DNA of 62,834 nucleotides, the filler included, from Candidatus Hydrogenedentota bacterium (GTDB lineage: Bacteria > JBFMHD01): the NCBI GenBank assembly GCA_040752395.1. It is 4 parts of 4 records of this genome, joined end to end, with 100 filler letters (N's around TTAATTAATTAA, not from the genome) between each part and the next. Parts side by side here need not be neighbours in the genome. Positions count along the whole stretch, not along the records: positions 40,727 to 51,748 come from JBFMHD010000082.1; positions 51,849 to 62,834 come from JBFMHD010000083.1; 2 more parts are not named here. One strand, written 5' to 3'. The notes below the pieces were generated by a model. That model was not told where the DNA came from, did no database searches, and saw only the letters and a program-made list of their open reading frames with translations. Every line of letters starts with the position of its first letter. Positions within the stretch are counted from its first letter, which is position 1. Below are positions 50,550-60,813 of the stretch, piece by piece. A program made the translations under genes and the position numbers.

Positions 50550-51748
50550 GGTTTTCAATGAATCGACGCAAAAACATCAGAGAGAAGAGAGAGCCAGGAT
50601 TAATTAGAAAATTTACTAAGGCTCTATTTAATTTTATTTTCTTTACCGCAAAGAATAATGAAATTAATGGTCTTATACTTATGGGTATCGGTATCGTATT
50701 GTTTCTTACTCTGGTCTTTAATATCAATATAGTAGCGATAAAAAATTCCTCGCTTGAATATACAGGTATTATTGGTTCTTCTGTGGCTTATTATCTTTTT
50801 TTATTACTTGGGTGGACCGCATTTTTATTGCCAGCTGGTATCTTTTATACAGGTTATAATGTTTTTATAAATAAACCAATAGAAAAGAAGATATTAAAAA
50901 TTATCGGAATAATTCTTGCTCTTATATATTATTCAAGTCTTCTCTCATTATTGTTTGGAGAGATAAGTTATCCGAGAGAGGAGTTGCAGGGGGTTGCTGG
51001 TGGGATGCTTGGTGCCTTTGTTTCGTTTTATACCGTAAAATATTTCGGTAAAATACTGGGTTATCTTATTATTGTATTTGCCTGTACAGTCTCTATACCA
51101 ATGGTAACTCCGATCTCTTTACGGAGTATCTGGTTATTTATACGTGAGATTGCGGTAAGTATTATCAAGTTTAAGATGGGTATATTTAAAAAATTATATG
51201 TTTATATACGAGATAAGTTAAAAGAAGCTATAAGAAGATTTAATGAAGCAAATCTTAGAAAAATACAAGAAAGTAAAAAAATAGACCTGATACCAGAAAC
51301 AATCAAACACCAGGGGACTAAGGCCAAAGTAATTAAAACAGAAGCTCCGGGAAAAGAGGTTGAGATAGGTGGTATAGAAGAGAAAAAAACAGTAAAAGAG
51401 ATAGAAAAGAAACAAAAAGTAAAAGATATTATAAAAAAAGATATCGATGAATATCAGTTCCCACCAGTTGATTTAATGAACCCACTTCTGGAAGTGGATG
51501 TTTCAGAAACAAAAGAAGAGATCGAACAGAGAGCAAAGAAACTTGAAGAAACCCTACGTCAATATGAGGTAGAATGCGAGGTTAAAGCTGTAAATAGAGG
51601 ACCAACAGTAACACAATTCGAGGTACAGGTAACACCAGGAACAAAATTAAGCAACCTCACTGCACGCTCAGGCGAGATTGCTTATGCTATGGCTTGCTCG
51701 AGTGTTAGGATTGAAGCGCCTATCCCTGGTAAAACCGCTATTGGTATA
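50546..51748 (+). CDS. ftsK: DNA translocase FtsK, N-terminal part (truncated by gap)
   Basis: 4TM domain, YQFPPVDL, GPTVTQFE, RIEAPIPGK. Confidence 0.9.
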
Positions 51749-51848
51749 NNNNNNNNNNNNNNNNNNNNNNNNNNNNNNNNNNNNNNNNNNNNTTAATTAA
51801 TTAANNNNNNNNNNNNNNNNNNNNNNNNNNNNNNNNNNNNNNNNNNNN
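51749..51848. other. Artificial contig linker
   Basis: N44-TTAATTAATTAA-N44. Confidence 0.98.
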
Positions 51849-51868
51849 ACAATGATGATATACCACAT
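51849..51868 (-). CDS. 5' end of a CDS truncated by the contig end (MWYIII..)
   Basis: ATG downstream of the array-derived GAGGAGGTGAT. Confidence 0.4.
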
Positions 51869-51881
51869 ATATTTATAATCA

Positions 51882-52146
51882 CCTCCTCTGAAAAACGCTG
51901 TAACTCTAATAATTCGGGGTACAGGCTACGGGCTACGGACTACAGCCGGCTGGAGCCCGAAGCCTGCTAAAAAGTCTTGAGTCTTGAGTCTTGTTTTGAC
52001 TCACGACTCTTTTCATATCATCTTTAGTTTTTCATATATTGTGTAGAGCGCAAAAACCCAAAAACGCAATAACGCAATAACCCAATAACCCAATAACCCA
52101 ATAACCCAATAGTGTAGAGCGCAACCCGCGCTCATGGGTACTCCTC
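51882..52146 (-). repeat. Modular repeat array
   Basis: GAGGAG+ATG, GTAG hairpin, (AACCCAAT)n, GAGTC/GACTC, CAGCCGGCTG, terminal SD. Confidence 0.92.
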
Positions 52147-52147
52147 A

Positions 52148-52996
52148 TTATATTCCTTTTTTTTGTGCCAAAAAAATAAAAAAGCCGGGGAAATACTGTT
52201 TATTTTTCAAATGATGCATTGCAATTTCATAATATTCCTTTTCCATGTCAATTAATTCTTTAAGCGTTTTTATGGGTTTGAAATGGTTGATAGATGTAGA
52301 AATCAAATCCATCCCCGTATCATCAAGAACTGGCAGCATTTCCTCCAGAGTATGCTGTGTTTCATAGGGATGAAGCACCTGGTCGTAGAACCAGGAGAGA
52401 ATCTGTCTATCATCTTTTACGTGCGACTGTAGTTGACGATAGCGCTTCAACATATCTTCTTCCGTTGCACCGTTAATTTTCATATTATTAAAATATTCAA
52501 GAAAAGGCTGACGGCCGTATTTGTGATACAGCCCGATCATAACGTGTCCGCCGCAGCGTACAAACTTTTCGCAAAGTATCCTTACCGCAAGCTTGCAGTT
52601 ATTTGTGTGGTGAAGCACTCCAAATGAGATAACAACATCGAATGGCTTTAAGGGTTCATATAAAAAAAGGTCTTGTTCACTGAAAGATGTTGAGAGTTTC
52701 ATAGCTTTGGCTACTTCTTTTGCGATATTTATAGCAACGGGGTTGAAATCAATTCCTGTAACGGAAGCATTAAAAAGATAACTGATTGAGTTGCACAGCC
52801 ATCCCGTGCCGCATCCTATTTCGAGAACAGAGACATCCCTGCCGAGCAGTTTAGAAAGACCAGGATAAAGATCATTAGTGGTTCTCTTGTAGACAGCATT
52901 TATTTCTTCTTCCAGGTTACTTCTGCAATTGAAAGGCAGAGATTTATAGAAATTAAGCACCTCAGGATTAGCATACGTTGTTTGTTGCATATACAT
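52148..52996 (-). CDS. Class I SAM-dependent methyltransferase
   Basis: VLEIGCGTG, FDVVISFGVLHH. Confidence 0.9.
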   Translation of the reverse strand: MYMQQTTYANPEVLNFYKSLPFNCRSNLEEEINAVYKRTTNDLYPGLSKLLGRDVSVLEIGCGTGWLCNSISYLFNASVTGIDFNPVAINIAKEVAKAMKLSTSFSEQDLFLYEPLKPFDVVISFGVLHHTNNCKLAVRILCEKFVRCGGHVMIGLYHKYGRQPFLEYFNNMKINGATEEDMLKRYRQLQSHVKDDRQILSWFYDQVLHPYETQHTLEEMLPVLDDTGMDLISTSINHFKPIKTLKELIDMEKEYYEIAMHHLKNKQYFPGFFIFLAQKKGI

Positions 52997-53090
52997 TTTA
53001 ACCAGTCTGATGCAGATTATTTATTGACAATTTGAATAATATAATTAGTATTGTGTCAATATTTATCCTTTTAATAATCTATTCGTATTT

Positions 53091-54230
53091 TTGTTTTTGA
53101 TTTTCTTAAAAGGAGGCGCTTTGATAGTAAAATTAATTGTTATTATATTAATAACAGCTGTTATTTTTGAGATTATTTTTCGGGTACGAAGATATGTAAC
53201 CCATACGCCGCGCGACGCAAGGGCGCTGCTTTCTCTTTACAATGAGGAGAGAGATAAAGCGATTCAGTACTTTAAAGATGAATATAAATTACAGTTCGAT
53301 ATAGACCCTTATCTTTTTATTAAGTTGAAACCGAATCAGAAATATAAAACTATACGGATAAATTCTCTGGGGTTCAGGGATGATGAAATTTCCGAAAAAA
53401 AATCATTGAATGAATACAGGGTATTATTTCTCGGCGGATCTTCCGCATGGGGTGTCGGAAGTATTGACAATAAAATTACACTTCCAAAAATTCTGGAGAA
53501 TAAATTAAATTCGACTTACGCTGACAAAAAACATACAGTTATTAACGCTGCCTGCCCGGGCTATGTATCAGACCAGGAATTGATATTGCTTTTAAGGATG
53601 CTTGACCGATACAAGATTGACCTAGTCATAGATTTCAACGGTTTTAATGACTTTTACACGCTGTATAAAAATCCGCCTGGTTATCCTTGCCATTATTCAC
53701 GAATGTACGCCATATACAAGTTATTAGCTCCTATCAAACGGATAATTGGTTCATCTGAACTGCTTTATTATTTAAATGAGAACATAATCAAACCGTTTAT
53801 TACAGTCGATATTGCTTCTATAACCATAACAAAAATAGAAGATGCAGCAGTACACTATGTTAACAACTGCTTGACAATGTCGCTGCTTGCGAAATCGAGG
53901 GGCATAGATGTAGTTATTGTTTTACAGCCGATTGTGGGTTCGAAAAAAGTTAAAACCGAAGAAGAAAAGAACAATATGACAAGTAATGAAATTGAGCTTG
54001 CGAATAAAATCTATGCCCGTTATAGAGAATATTTCAACAAATTGTCGTTAAATGATAACTTGTCTTTTTTAGATTTAAGCAATGTTTTTGATAATGAAAC
54101 CCGCACTATTTTTATTGACAGGGCTCACTTTACAGGAAAAGATACGGAAACTTTGGCCGATAATATCCTGAAAACAATTAAAGATAAGAAATTAACGGTC
54201 AAAAGTAATTATAGGATTCCAATCACTTGA
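53091..54230 (+). CDS. SGNH/GDSL hydrolase-like membrane-anchored protein
   Basis: INSLGFR, LGGSSAWG, NGFND, DRAH. Confidence 0.8.
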   Translation: MFLIFLKGGALIVKLIVIILITAVIFEIIFRVRRYVTHTPRDARALLSLYNEERDKAIQYFKDEYKLQFDIDPYLFIKLKPNQKYKTIRINSLGFRDDEISEKKSLNEYRVLFLGGSSAWGVGSIDNKITLPKILENKLNSTYADKKHTVINAACPGYVSDQELILLLRMLDRYKIDLVIDFNGFNDFYTLYKNPPGYPCHYSRMYAIYKLLAPIKRIIGSSELLYYLNENIIKPFITVDIASITITKIEDAAVHYVNNCLTMSLLAKSRGIDVVIVLQPIVGSKKVKTEEEKNNMTSNEIELANKIYARYREYFNKLSLNDNLSFLDLSNVFDNETRTIFIDRAHFTGKDTETLADNILKTIKDKKLTVKSNYRIPIT

Positions 54231-54234
54231 CGAT

Positions 54235-55512
54235 ATGAACTACCCAAATATTTTATTAATCAGTTTAGATGAGTTGGTTCCTTCGAGACTCGGGTGTTAT
54301 GGTAATAAAAGAAAAACCTCGCCGAACATAGACGTTATTGCGAGTGAAGGCACAATGTTTTTAAACTGCATAAGTCATGCAACCTATACTTCACCTTCTC
54401 ATATGTCCATTATGACCTCTCAATTGCCTTCCACTCACGGCCTTATGCTGGACAAGAATTACCCTATAACTGACGTTCGGCTGGCAAAAGTTTTAAAAGG
54501 GCTGGGTTATTCGACGGTTGGTTTTACAGGAGGCGGTTTTATAACGGGTTCACTTGGTTTTTCAGACGGGTTTAACCTATATGATGAATACAAGAAACTC
54601 GGTGGCAAGGACGCACCGGTTATTACGGAAAGAACTTTGAAGTGGCTCTTAGAAAATCACAAAAAGAAACAACCGTTTTTTCTCTTTTTCCATATTTATA
54701 CAATCCACTGGCCTTATAATGACAGGTATTATCTGTCTGAACTTTCGGAGAATTCAAGCGAGATTGATAGACAAAAAGCCGCTTATGACGGCGGCGTGAG
54801 GAATGCCGACATTCATTTGGAAAAAATATTTTCTTTTCTGAGAAAAGAAGGGCTGATTGACAATACAATAATCGTGATCTTAAGTGATCACGGCACTGTT
54901 CTTTCAAGACCCGAATATTATTTTGCGAATAACGGTAATTGCCTTTACGATGAGATAATAAAAGTTCCGTTGATTATCCGATACCCGAAGGTTATACCTG
55001 CAAATGTACGCATTGAGAGGCAGTCACGTTTAATCGACGTGTTTCCGACACTGTTAGAACTGATTGATCCGTCATTATTAATCAGAGATGAAATTAATAA
55101 GCTTCATTTGATGGGCAGATCACTCGTTCCTCTTGCTTGCGGTAAACCCGATCTTCATAATCGTGATGCGATAAGCGAGACTCTTTATTGGGGTCCGGAA
55201 AGAAAATCAATACGCACTGAAACCGGTATGAAACTAATACTTACTCCGAATCCGGATGATGTGAGGATAACCGAATTTCCCGATAAAGCCCGCGTTGATA
55301 CCCCAAGATACGAGCTTTATAACATTAATGATGACCCGGAAGAAAAAAAAGATTTATCATCTGATATGCCGGATATTGTCAAAATGCTTGAACAGAAATT
55401 AGAACCCGTGCTGATAAAAGAGAAAGAAACGCTTGCTAAATTGAGATTTCAAATTATACCCAATATTTCAAGAAAAATAAAGAAACAGCTGCGATCACTT
55501 GGATATATCTAA
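54235..55512 (+). CDS. Sulfatase-like / alkaline-phosphatase-superfamily protein
   Basis: PNILLISLDEL, TSPSHMSIMT, HWPY, SDHG, LRSLGYI tail. Confidence 0.85.
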   Translation: MNYPNILLISLDELVPSRLGCYGNKRKTSPNIDVIASEGTMFLNCISHATYTSPSHMSIMTSQLPSTHGLMLDKNYPITDVRLAKVLKGLGYSTVGFTGGGFITGSLGFSDGFNLYDEYKKLGGKDAPVITERTLKWLLENHKKKQPFFLFFHIYTIHWPYNDRYYLSELSENSSEIDRQKAAYDGGVRNADIHLEKIFSFLRKEGLIDNTIIVILSDHGTVLSRPEYYFANNGNCLYDEIIKVPLIIRYPKVIPANVRIERQSRLIDVFPTLLELIDPSLLIRDEINKLHLMGRSLVPLACGKPDLHNRDAISETLYWGPERKSIRTETGMKLILTPNPDDVRITEFPDKARVDTPRYELYNINDDPEEKKDLSSDMPDIVKMLEQKLEPVLIKEKETLAKLRFQIIPNISRKIKKQLRSLGYI

Positions 55513-56445
55513 TTTTGCATGCCGGAACCTGCTCTTTTTTATATATAGTGCATTGATCATAAAAGCAATAAAAAAACTGTAAGACACGAATCTGGTCACT
55601 ATCATTGAACAGATGATCACAGCAGAATCAATCTTTGCTTTCTTGAAAAAGTATATCATTGCTATTTCAAGTACCCCTATGTTGTTGATTGTAATAGGAA
55701 TGATACTTGCCACCCTTGATATTGTGTGCAGAAAAAAAATATCGGTCAGAGTTGGTGAAATACCAAACATCGTAAGTGCAAAGTAAACTCTTATTGTTAT
55801 TATAATAGCACGTATGAGCTTGAGCAGAAAATTATAGACAAGGATTCTTTTGTGATACCTCATTAAAAAAGGCAGGCTGTCAAGAGTATCTATCACAGTT
55901 TCGATTCTATGTTTTTCGAGAATGTACCTTATATATTTCCGCACCGGTGCTGATAAAATAAGCGTTAGAAGAATAAAAAATAATGCTATTACGCAGGACG
56001 TTATCTGTTTGAAAGCCGATGGGAAATCGTAGATGAGGATTCCTATTAATGAAATTATAAGCGACACAATGAACGCAGATAGTTTGTCAATCCCGAGGAT
56101 ACCTATGCTCTGAGTTGGGGGGACGTTGTATTTTTTTAACAGCATAGCGATGGTTGCTTCGCCTATCTGCCCGGGGGTCAATGCTCCGATAAGGATGCTT
56201 GTAAAATATTCATGTGAAAAATCGACAAGTTTTAGTTTCTGGAAAGGCATGAATAATACCCACTGATTTACGGCTCCGATTAAGAAATAAACAACGTTCA
56301 CTATGAAAACTGGTATAAGCATCCAGAGATCGCCGTGGGATAAGATATCCAATATTGAGGACAAACCGATTTTTCTAATGATAAGAAATACTATAAGTAA
56401 TGTCAGAAGTATCTTTAATAATATAATTAATTTCTTATTTTTCAT
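55495..56445 (-). CDS. Lysylphosphatidylglycerol-synthase TM/UPF0104 flippase-like protein
   Basis: TPGQIGE, IPITINNIGVLE; multi-TM. Confidence 0.8.
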   Translation of the reverse strand: MKNKKLIILLKILLTLLIVFLIIRKIGLSSILDILSHGDLWMLIPVFIVNVVYFLIGAVNQWVLFMPFQKLKLVDFSHEYFTSILIGALTPGQIGEATIAMLLKKYNVPPTQSIGILGIDKLSAFIVSLIISLIGILIYDFPSAFKQITSCVIALFFILLTLILSAPVRKYIRYILEKHRIETVIDTLDSLPFLMRYHKRILVYNFLLKLIRAIIITIRVYFALTMFGISPTLTDIFFLHTISRVASIIPITINNIGVLEIAMIYFFKKAKIDSAVIICSMIVTRFVSYSFFIAFMINALYIKKSRFRHAKLDISK

Positions 56446-56500
56446 GAGTAATTTTCAGCATTAACTGATTTATGTAAAATTTAATTTTATATTTTAAATA

Positions 56501-56695
56501 TCCTAACCCGAATAAATCGGAAAAGAAATTTTACCACGGAATAATCGGAAAAACACCAGACACGGGATCATTCCAGCATTATCGGATTGAATTTTATTGA
56601 AATACAGAAAAATATTCCGTGTTTCAGTAATTCTATGTTTCTGTGGTAAAATATTTTTGCTAAAAATGTCAAGATTTTATTTGTAAGGTACTAAA
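56501..56695. repeat. MITE-like palindromic element
   Basis: Inverted arms ttttaccacggaa..cggaa / ttccgtg..ttctgtggtaaaa. Confidence 0.45.
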
Positions 56696-56770
56696 GAGGC
56701 GGACTTATATTTCAGCCGGATGCGTGAGCGGGTACCGGATGTCCGCGATAAACCGTCTCCATTTTTTATC

Positions 56771-58375
56771 TCATTTGGCATAATATAAAAACAAGCGCGA
56801 AAATTTTATGATTGAATAAATTAAAATAAAATAGAATAGAGATGCAAAGCACATTTGGAGCGTTAAACATTTTATAAATAAATTTTTACCAAGATAGGAA
56901 ATTACGTTTGTTATAGTCACTTCATCCTTGATTATAAAAGCATATAACGTATTTAATCCCAGCACCTCGGGAATGGTTTTAACAAAAACGGCCGAAGCGC
57001 CGGTTTTGGCGATTAATTCCTTGATTGAATATATTATTGCGGAAGATCCTCTCGGTATCTGCTCGGCTACTGCGCCTATATACCCGAATATCATTGATAA
57101 AGTCCAGATCGATTTTTCTAAAGCAGGCGGCAGAAATGCAAAAAGAACGGGATAGAGCAGAACAAACACCGGTATTAAAAGAATCTGATATCGAGGACCC
57201 AAACCTGACGTGGCTGAGGCACCGCCGCCTCCTAAAAAAGCCAGAAAAAAATAATAAAGTAAAACGAAGAGCAGATATAACGACGTCTCAGGTTTAGATA
57301 CCATAGCATATATTGATGACAATCTGTAAAAAATTATGCTGAAAATTATGAAGAAACCGCCAGGGAAATAAACATAAAATCCGTGCGACAAAGATATACA
57401 GTCGGATAACCACGCTTTAACGGATTTTTTATTTAAAAAATATTTCAATGTCAGCACCCCGGATAAGCCAAATTTTTTGTCGTCTTTAAGGCTTTTACCT
57501 TCGCCGATTAAAAGATACTTCATTCTGTCTTTTGAAACACGCGACTGCATTGCCACACTGATTTGAGGGTTGCCATATTCATAATATTCCAATCTTAAAT
57601 CATAAGAGCTTCTGATGGGAGAACCGAATACGGCATAATGATAAAAACAAAGCGTCAATATCGGGATTATAAATCCGGATAGAAAATATAAAGAAGCTAA
57701 ATTACGGCTCTTCCATAAAATACAAAGAAAAAGAGCAAAACCATAAATGCTATACTCGTATCGCATCAGGCCCATTAGACCGCTTATAAATCCAAGGAAC
57801 GCAGGGGTGAGATAATCTTTTGTGTTAAACTTCATTCCCCGTTTCTTTATTATGTAAACCGATAACAAAATAACAAAAATGCTGAACGGTATTCTGGCTT
57901 CGCCTACCGCAAAAGAAAAAAAGTACGTGCCGAAACCAAAAAGCATCAGTGTCCTAAATTTCTGGGATAGAGTTATTCGGTAAAAAGATAGAATCCTACT
58001 GAATACCACGAGAGATAAACAGGATAAAGGTATTGATATGAAGATCTCTGATAAATAATTGAAATAAACCAATTGCTTCAGGTATGAGAGATGGGTGAGA
58101 AAAGATCTGAATATCCAATATAAAGGAACCAGAAAAATAACGCTGCCGGGAGCGTGCCCAGCATAAAAGTTGCCTTTATTGAAAGATACTTCGACATATC
58201 CGTATATATCAGGTCTTGATAAGGTTAAAGAGTGGTTGTTAACAATTGAAATGGAAAGGTCAAGTAGATTGAACCAGCCGCCGTTTATCTGTAAGGGATG
58301 AATAAAAAGAAGATAGAACAAATATGAAAAAATGAAGATGTTCAACTCTCTTTTATTGAAAATCCTATTTTTCAT
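56771..58375 (-). CDS. Polytopic membrane protein, probable GT-C glycosyltransferase
   Basis: FYAGHAPG, RYEY, GPRY motifs; many TM helices. Confidence 0.6.
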   Translation of the reverse strand: MKNRIFNKRELNIFIFSYLFYLLFIHPLQINGGWFNLLDLSISIVNNHSLTLSRPDIYGYVEVSFNKGNFYAGHAPGSVIFLVPLYWIFRSFLTHLSYLKQLVYFNYLSEIFISIPLSCLSLVVFSRILSFYRITLSQKFRTLMLFGFGTYFFSFAVGEARIPFSIFVILLSVYIIKKRGMKFNTKDYLTPAFLGFISGLMGLMRYEYSIYGFALFLCILWKSRNLASLYFLSGFIIPILTLCFYHYAVFGSPIRSSYDLRLEYYEYGNPQISVAMQSRVSKDRMKYLLIGEGKSLKDDKKFGLSGVLTLKYFLNKKSVKAWLSDCISLSHGFYVYFPGGFFIIFSIIFYRLSSIYAMVSKPETSLYLLFVLLYYFFLAFLGGGGASATSGLGPRYQILLIPVFVLLYPVLFAFLPPALEKSIWTLSMIFGYIGAVAEQIPRGSSAIIYSIKELIAKTGASAVFVKTIPEVLGLNTLYAFIIKDEVTITNVISYLGKNLFIKCLTLQMCFASLFYFILIYSIIKFSRLFLYYAK

Positions 58376-58498
58376 AATATCGAAGAGCCCGTTGCATGAG
58401 TTAGCAAACAGACTTATACTTTAAAATAACCCTATTTTAAACTACGAATTTTGTCAAAATATATCTTTCAGGTCTCTGAAAAACCCTGTCTTTAAAGA

Positions 58499-59707
58499 CT
58501 ACTGGTGATTCAGCCCCGAAATGACCTCATCCGCTATTTTAGTCCAGTTTAACAGTTTAACGACATAATCCCTACCGGATTCCCCCATCTTTTTTCTCAA
58601 TTCCGGATTATTCAGCATTTTTAATATCGCTTTTGATAATGCCATAGGATCTTTTTCATCCACAAGAAGACCGTTTTCGCCGTCCTTTACGATAAGAGGG
58701 TTACCCGAAACGTTCGTCGCTACGACGGGTTTGCCGCATGACATTGCTTCCACCACAACAACATTTAACCCATCAATAGGTTCTTTAACAGCCGGTGTTA
58801 TGAATATATCCGACATATTGTAATATAAAATAAGGTCTTTCGTGGGCACGATTCCCAAAAATATCACGTATTTTTCAAGATTTAATTCTTTTACGATACC
58901 CTTGATCCTGTTTTCCAAATCTCCACCGCCTATAATTACCAGGACAAAATCATCTCTTTCATTGATTATATAAGGTAGGGCTCTGATTAAATATTCCAGC
59001 CCCTTTTTAGGGACAAATCTCCCGATAAAAAGCAAGACAGTGGAAGTTTCAGGAATGTTTAATTTAGTGCGCTCCCTGACTCTGAGATCGTTATTGGGTT
59101 TAAACTTATCCGGATCACAGCTGTAAATAATTGTCCTGAATTTAGCAGGGGATGCTCCAAGTGCTGCCATTGCGTCTATTAATTCCCGGCTGTTTGCCGT
59201 AAGAAGTTTTGCCTGATTGCAAATGAATTTTGCGGTTAACTTGAAAATAGCATAAACTCTGAAAAGCTGGACGTCTGAGCCTAAAAAAGAGATAGCGAGT
59301 GGAATGCCGGTAATTAGTGATACAACCGCACCGATAAAACCGAACGGTATACCCCATTGGGCATGTATGAAATCAGGCCTGAGTTTTTTGACAAGCACCA
59401 AGAGGTTGACAATGCCGAAAAATATCAAAAAAGGAGCTAAAATGAAATTTACTATTTTAAGTTTCTGATCAAGCATCATCACTCTCGAATAACCGAGTAT
59501 GTGCCATTTTTTAAAAGGGAGGTATTTATACATCACGAATTTTACGGGTATCTCATCATTATTTCTTTTAAAATCATAAATATATGGCGCAAAAACCGTA
59601 ACGTTATGTCCAAGCTTTTTATATGCGATGCTCAGCTCTTCAACGAATATTCCGGCCATATCTCCGTCATATCGCGGAAATGTATGAGTCAAAACGAGTA
59701 TGTTCAT
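58499..59707 (-). CDS. Glycosyltransferase family 4
   Basis: FPRYDGD, GRFVPKKG, EAMSCGKPVV. Confidence 0.92.
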   Translation of the reverse strand: MNILVLTHTFPRYDGDMAGIFVEELSIAYKKLGHNVTVFAPYIYDFKRNNDEIPVKFVMYKYLPFKKWHILGYSRVMMLDQKLKIVNFILAPFLIFFGIVNLLVLVKKLRPDFIHAQWGIPFGFIGAVVSLITGIPLAISFLGSDVQLFRVYAIFKLTAKFICNQAKLLTANSRELIDAMAALGASPAKFRTIIYSCDPDKFKPNNDLRVRERTKLNIPETSTVLLFIGRFVPKKGLEYLIRALPYIINERDDFVLVIIGGGDLENRIKGIVKELNLEKYVIFLGIVPTKDLILYYNMSDIFITPAVKEPIDGLNVVVVEAMSCGKPVVATNVSGNPLIVKDGENGLLVDEKDPMALSKAILKMLNNPELRKKMGESGRDYVVKLLNWTKIADEVISGLNHQ

Positions 59708-59959
59708 ATATTAATTTTATAAAATTAACTCCCATATTACAATATTTTTCTTGCAAATTCATAAAACAGCTGTATTGTAATAACTATGAGTCAGGAAGGC
59801 AAGGATTATTCTAAAATATCTCCAAGGGTAAATAAAGAAGAGAGGCAGAGAAAAGCTTATAAAATACGTCAGATTATAAGTGACTACACTTCAAAAACAG
59901 GTGGTTTTACCTCGCAGACAATGGTCGGTATGTGATATTCAAGATGAATTGAGATAAAA

Positions 59960-60778
59960 ATGAGAATATTTAAAAGAGTTATTATTATAATAGCCGGGCT
60001 GTTTGTCGGTTTTACCCTGCTTGAAATCTTATGTCGGCAGTTTATGTCTGATTATTCAATAGTGCTTCCTATGTACGAGAACGATCCTGAAATCGGGCCT
60101 CTGCTTAAAAAAATCTCTCTCTTAAATGGAGAAACCCTGTATTCATCGTTGATGTAAAGACTAATTCGCTGGGTTTTAGAGGGAACGAGTGGGATCTTCA
60201 GTATGGCGGGAAAAAGATACTTGGGCTTGGAGATTCGTTTACTTTCGGTTCCAGCGTGCAGTTTGAGGACGCCTACCTGAACGTATTCAGCGAATTATGC
60301 AAGGCAAACGGCATTAACGCTATCGCATACAACGGTGGTCAGCCTGCAACAGGAACATACCACCAATATCTTTTATCCAAAAGACTTGTAGGCGTATTGA
60401 ACCCTGACATAATCACTCTCGTTTTTTTTTGCCGGCAATGATTTTATCGATAATTATTACGGGCAGAGCAGGTTTTCCTGCAACGAAGCCGGCTATCTGA
60501 TTACCTCGGGCAAGAACTCTTTTATAATAAAGACAAAAAATTTTATTTATACTAAATCATATTTTTTAAGGATATCAGGGGAAAGCCTGTCTAAAATACC
60601 TGCCGTGCATTTTATCTATCATAACACTTTGTCAAAAAATAAGGGCGGCATATGTGAAAACGATATTTTTTCCGGCAAGGCAAACCCCTTAAAAGATGAC
60701 GCGTTTAGTAAAACCTGCGGTTATATAAATCAAATAAAAAATCTTGCCCATAGCTTTTCAATATTCAATTTGCACTAA
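59960..60778 (+). pseudogene. SGNH/GDSL hydrolase with two homopolymer frameshifts
   Basis: Correcting A7 (60107-60113) and T9 (60422-60430) joins TNSLGFR, LGDSFTFG and FAGND; C-terminal DxxH is not reached. Confidence 0.75.
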
Positions 60779-60813
60779 ACTTTATACATTATCATGAATG
60801 ATATGTCGTTAAA

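Noticed and set aside
29499-51848. TTAATTAATTAA motif flanked by Ns (three times)
   Set aside because: Artificial scaffolding linker, not biological; neighbourhoods across it are ignored
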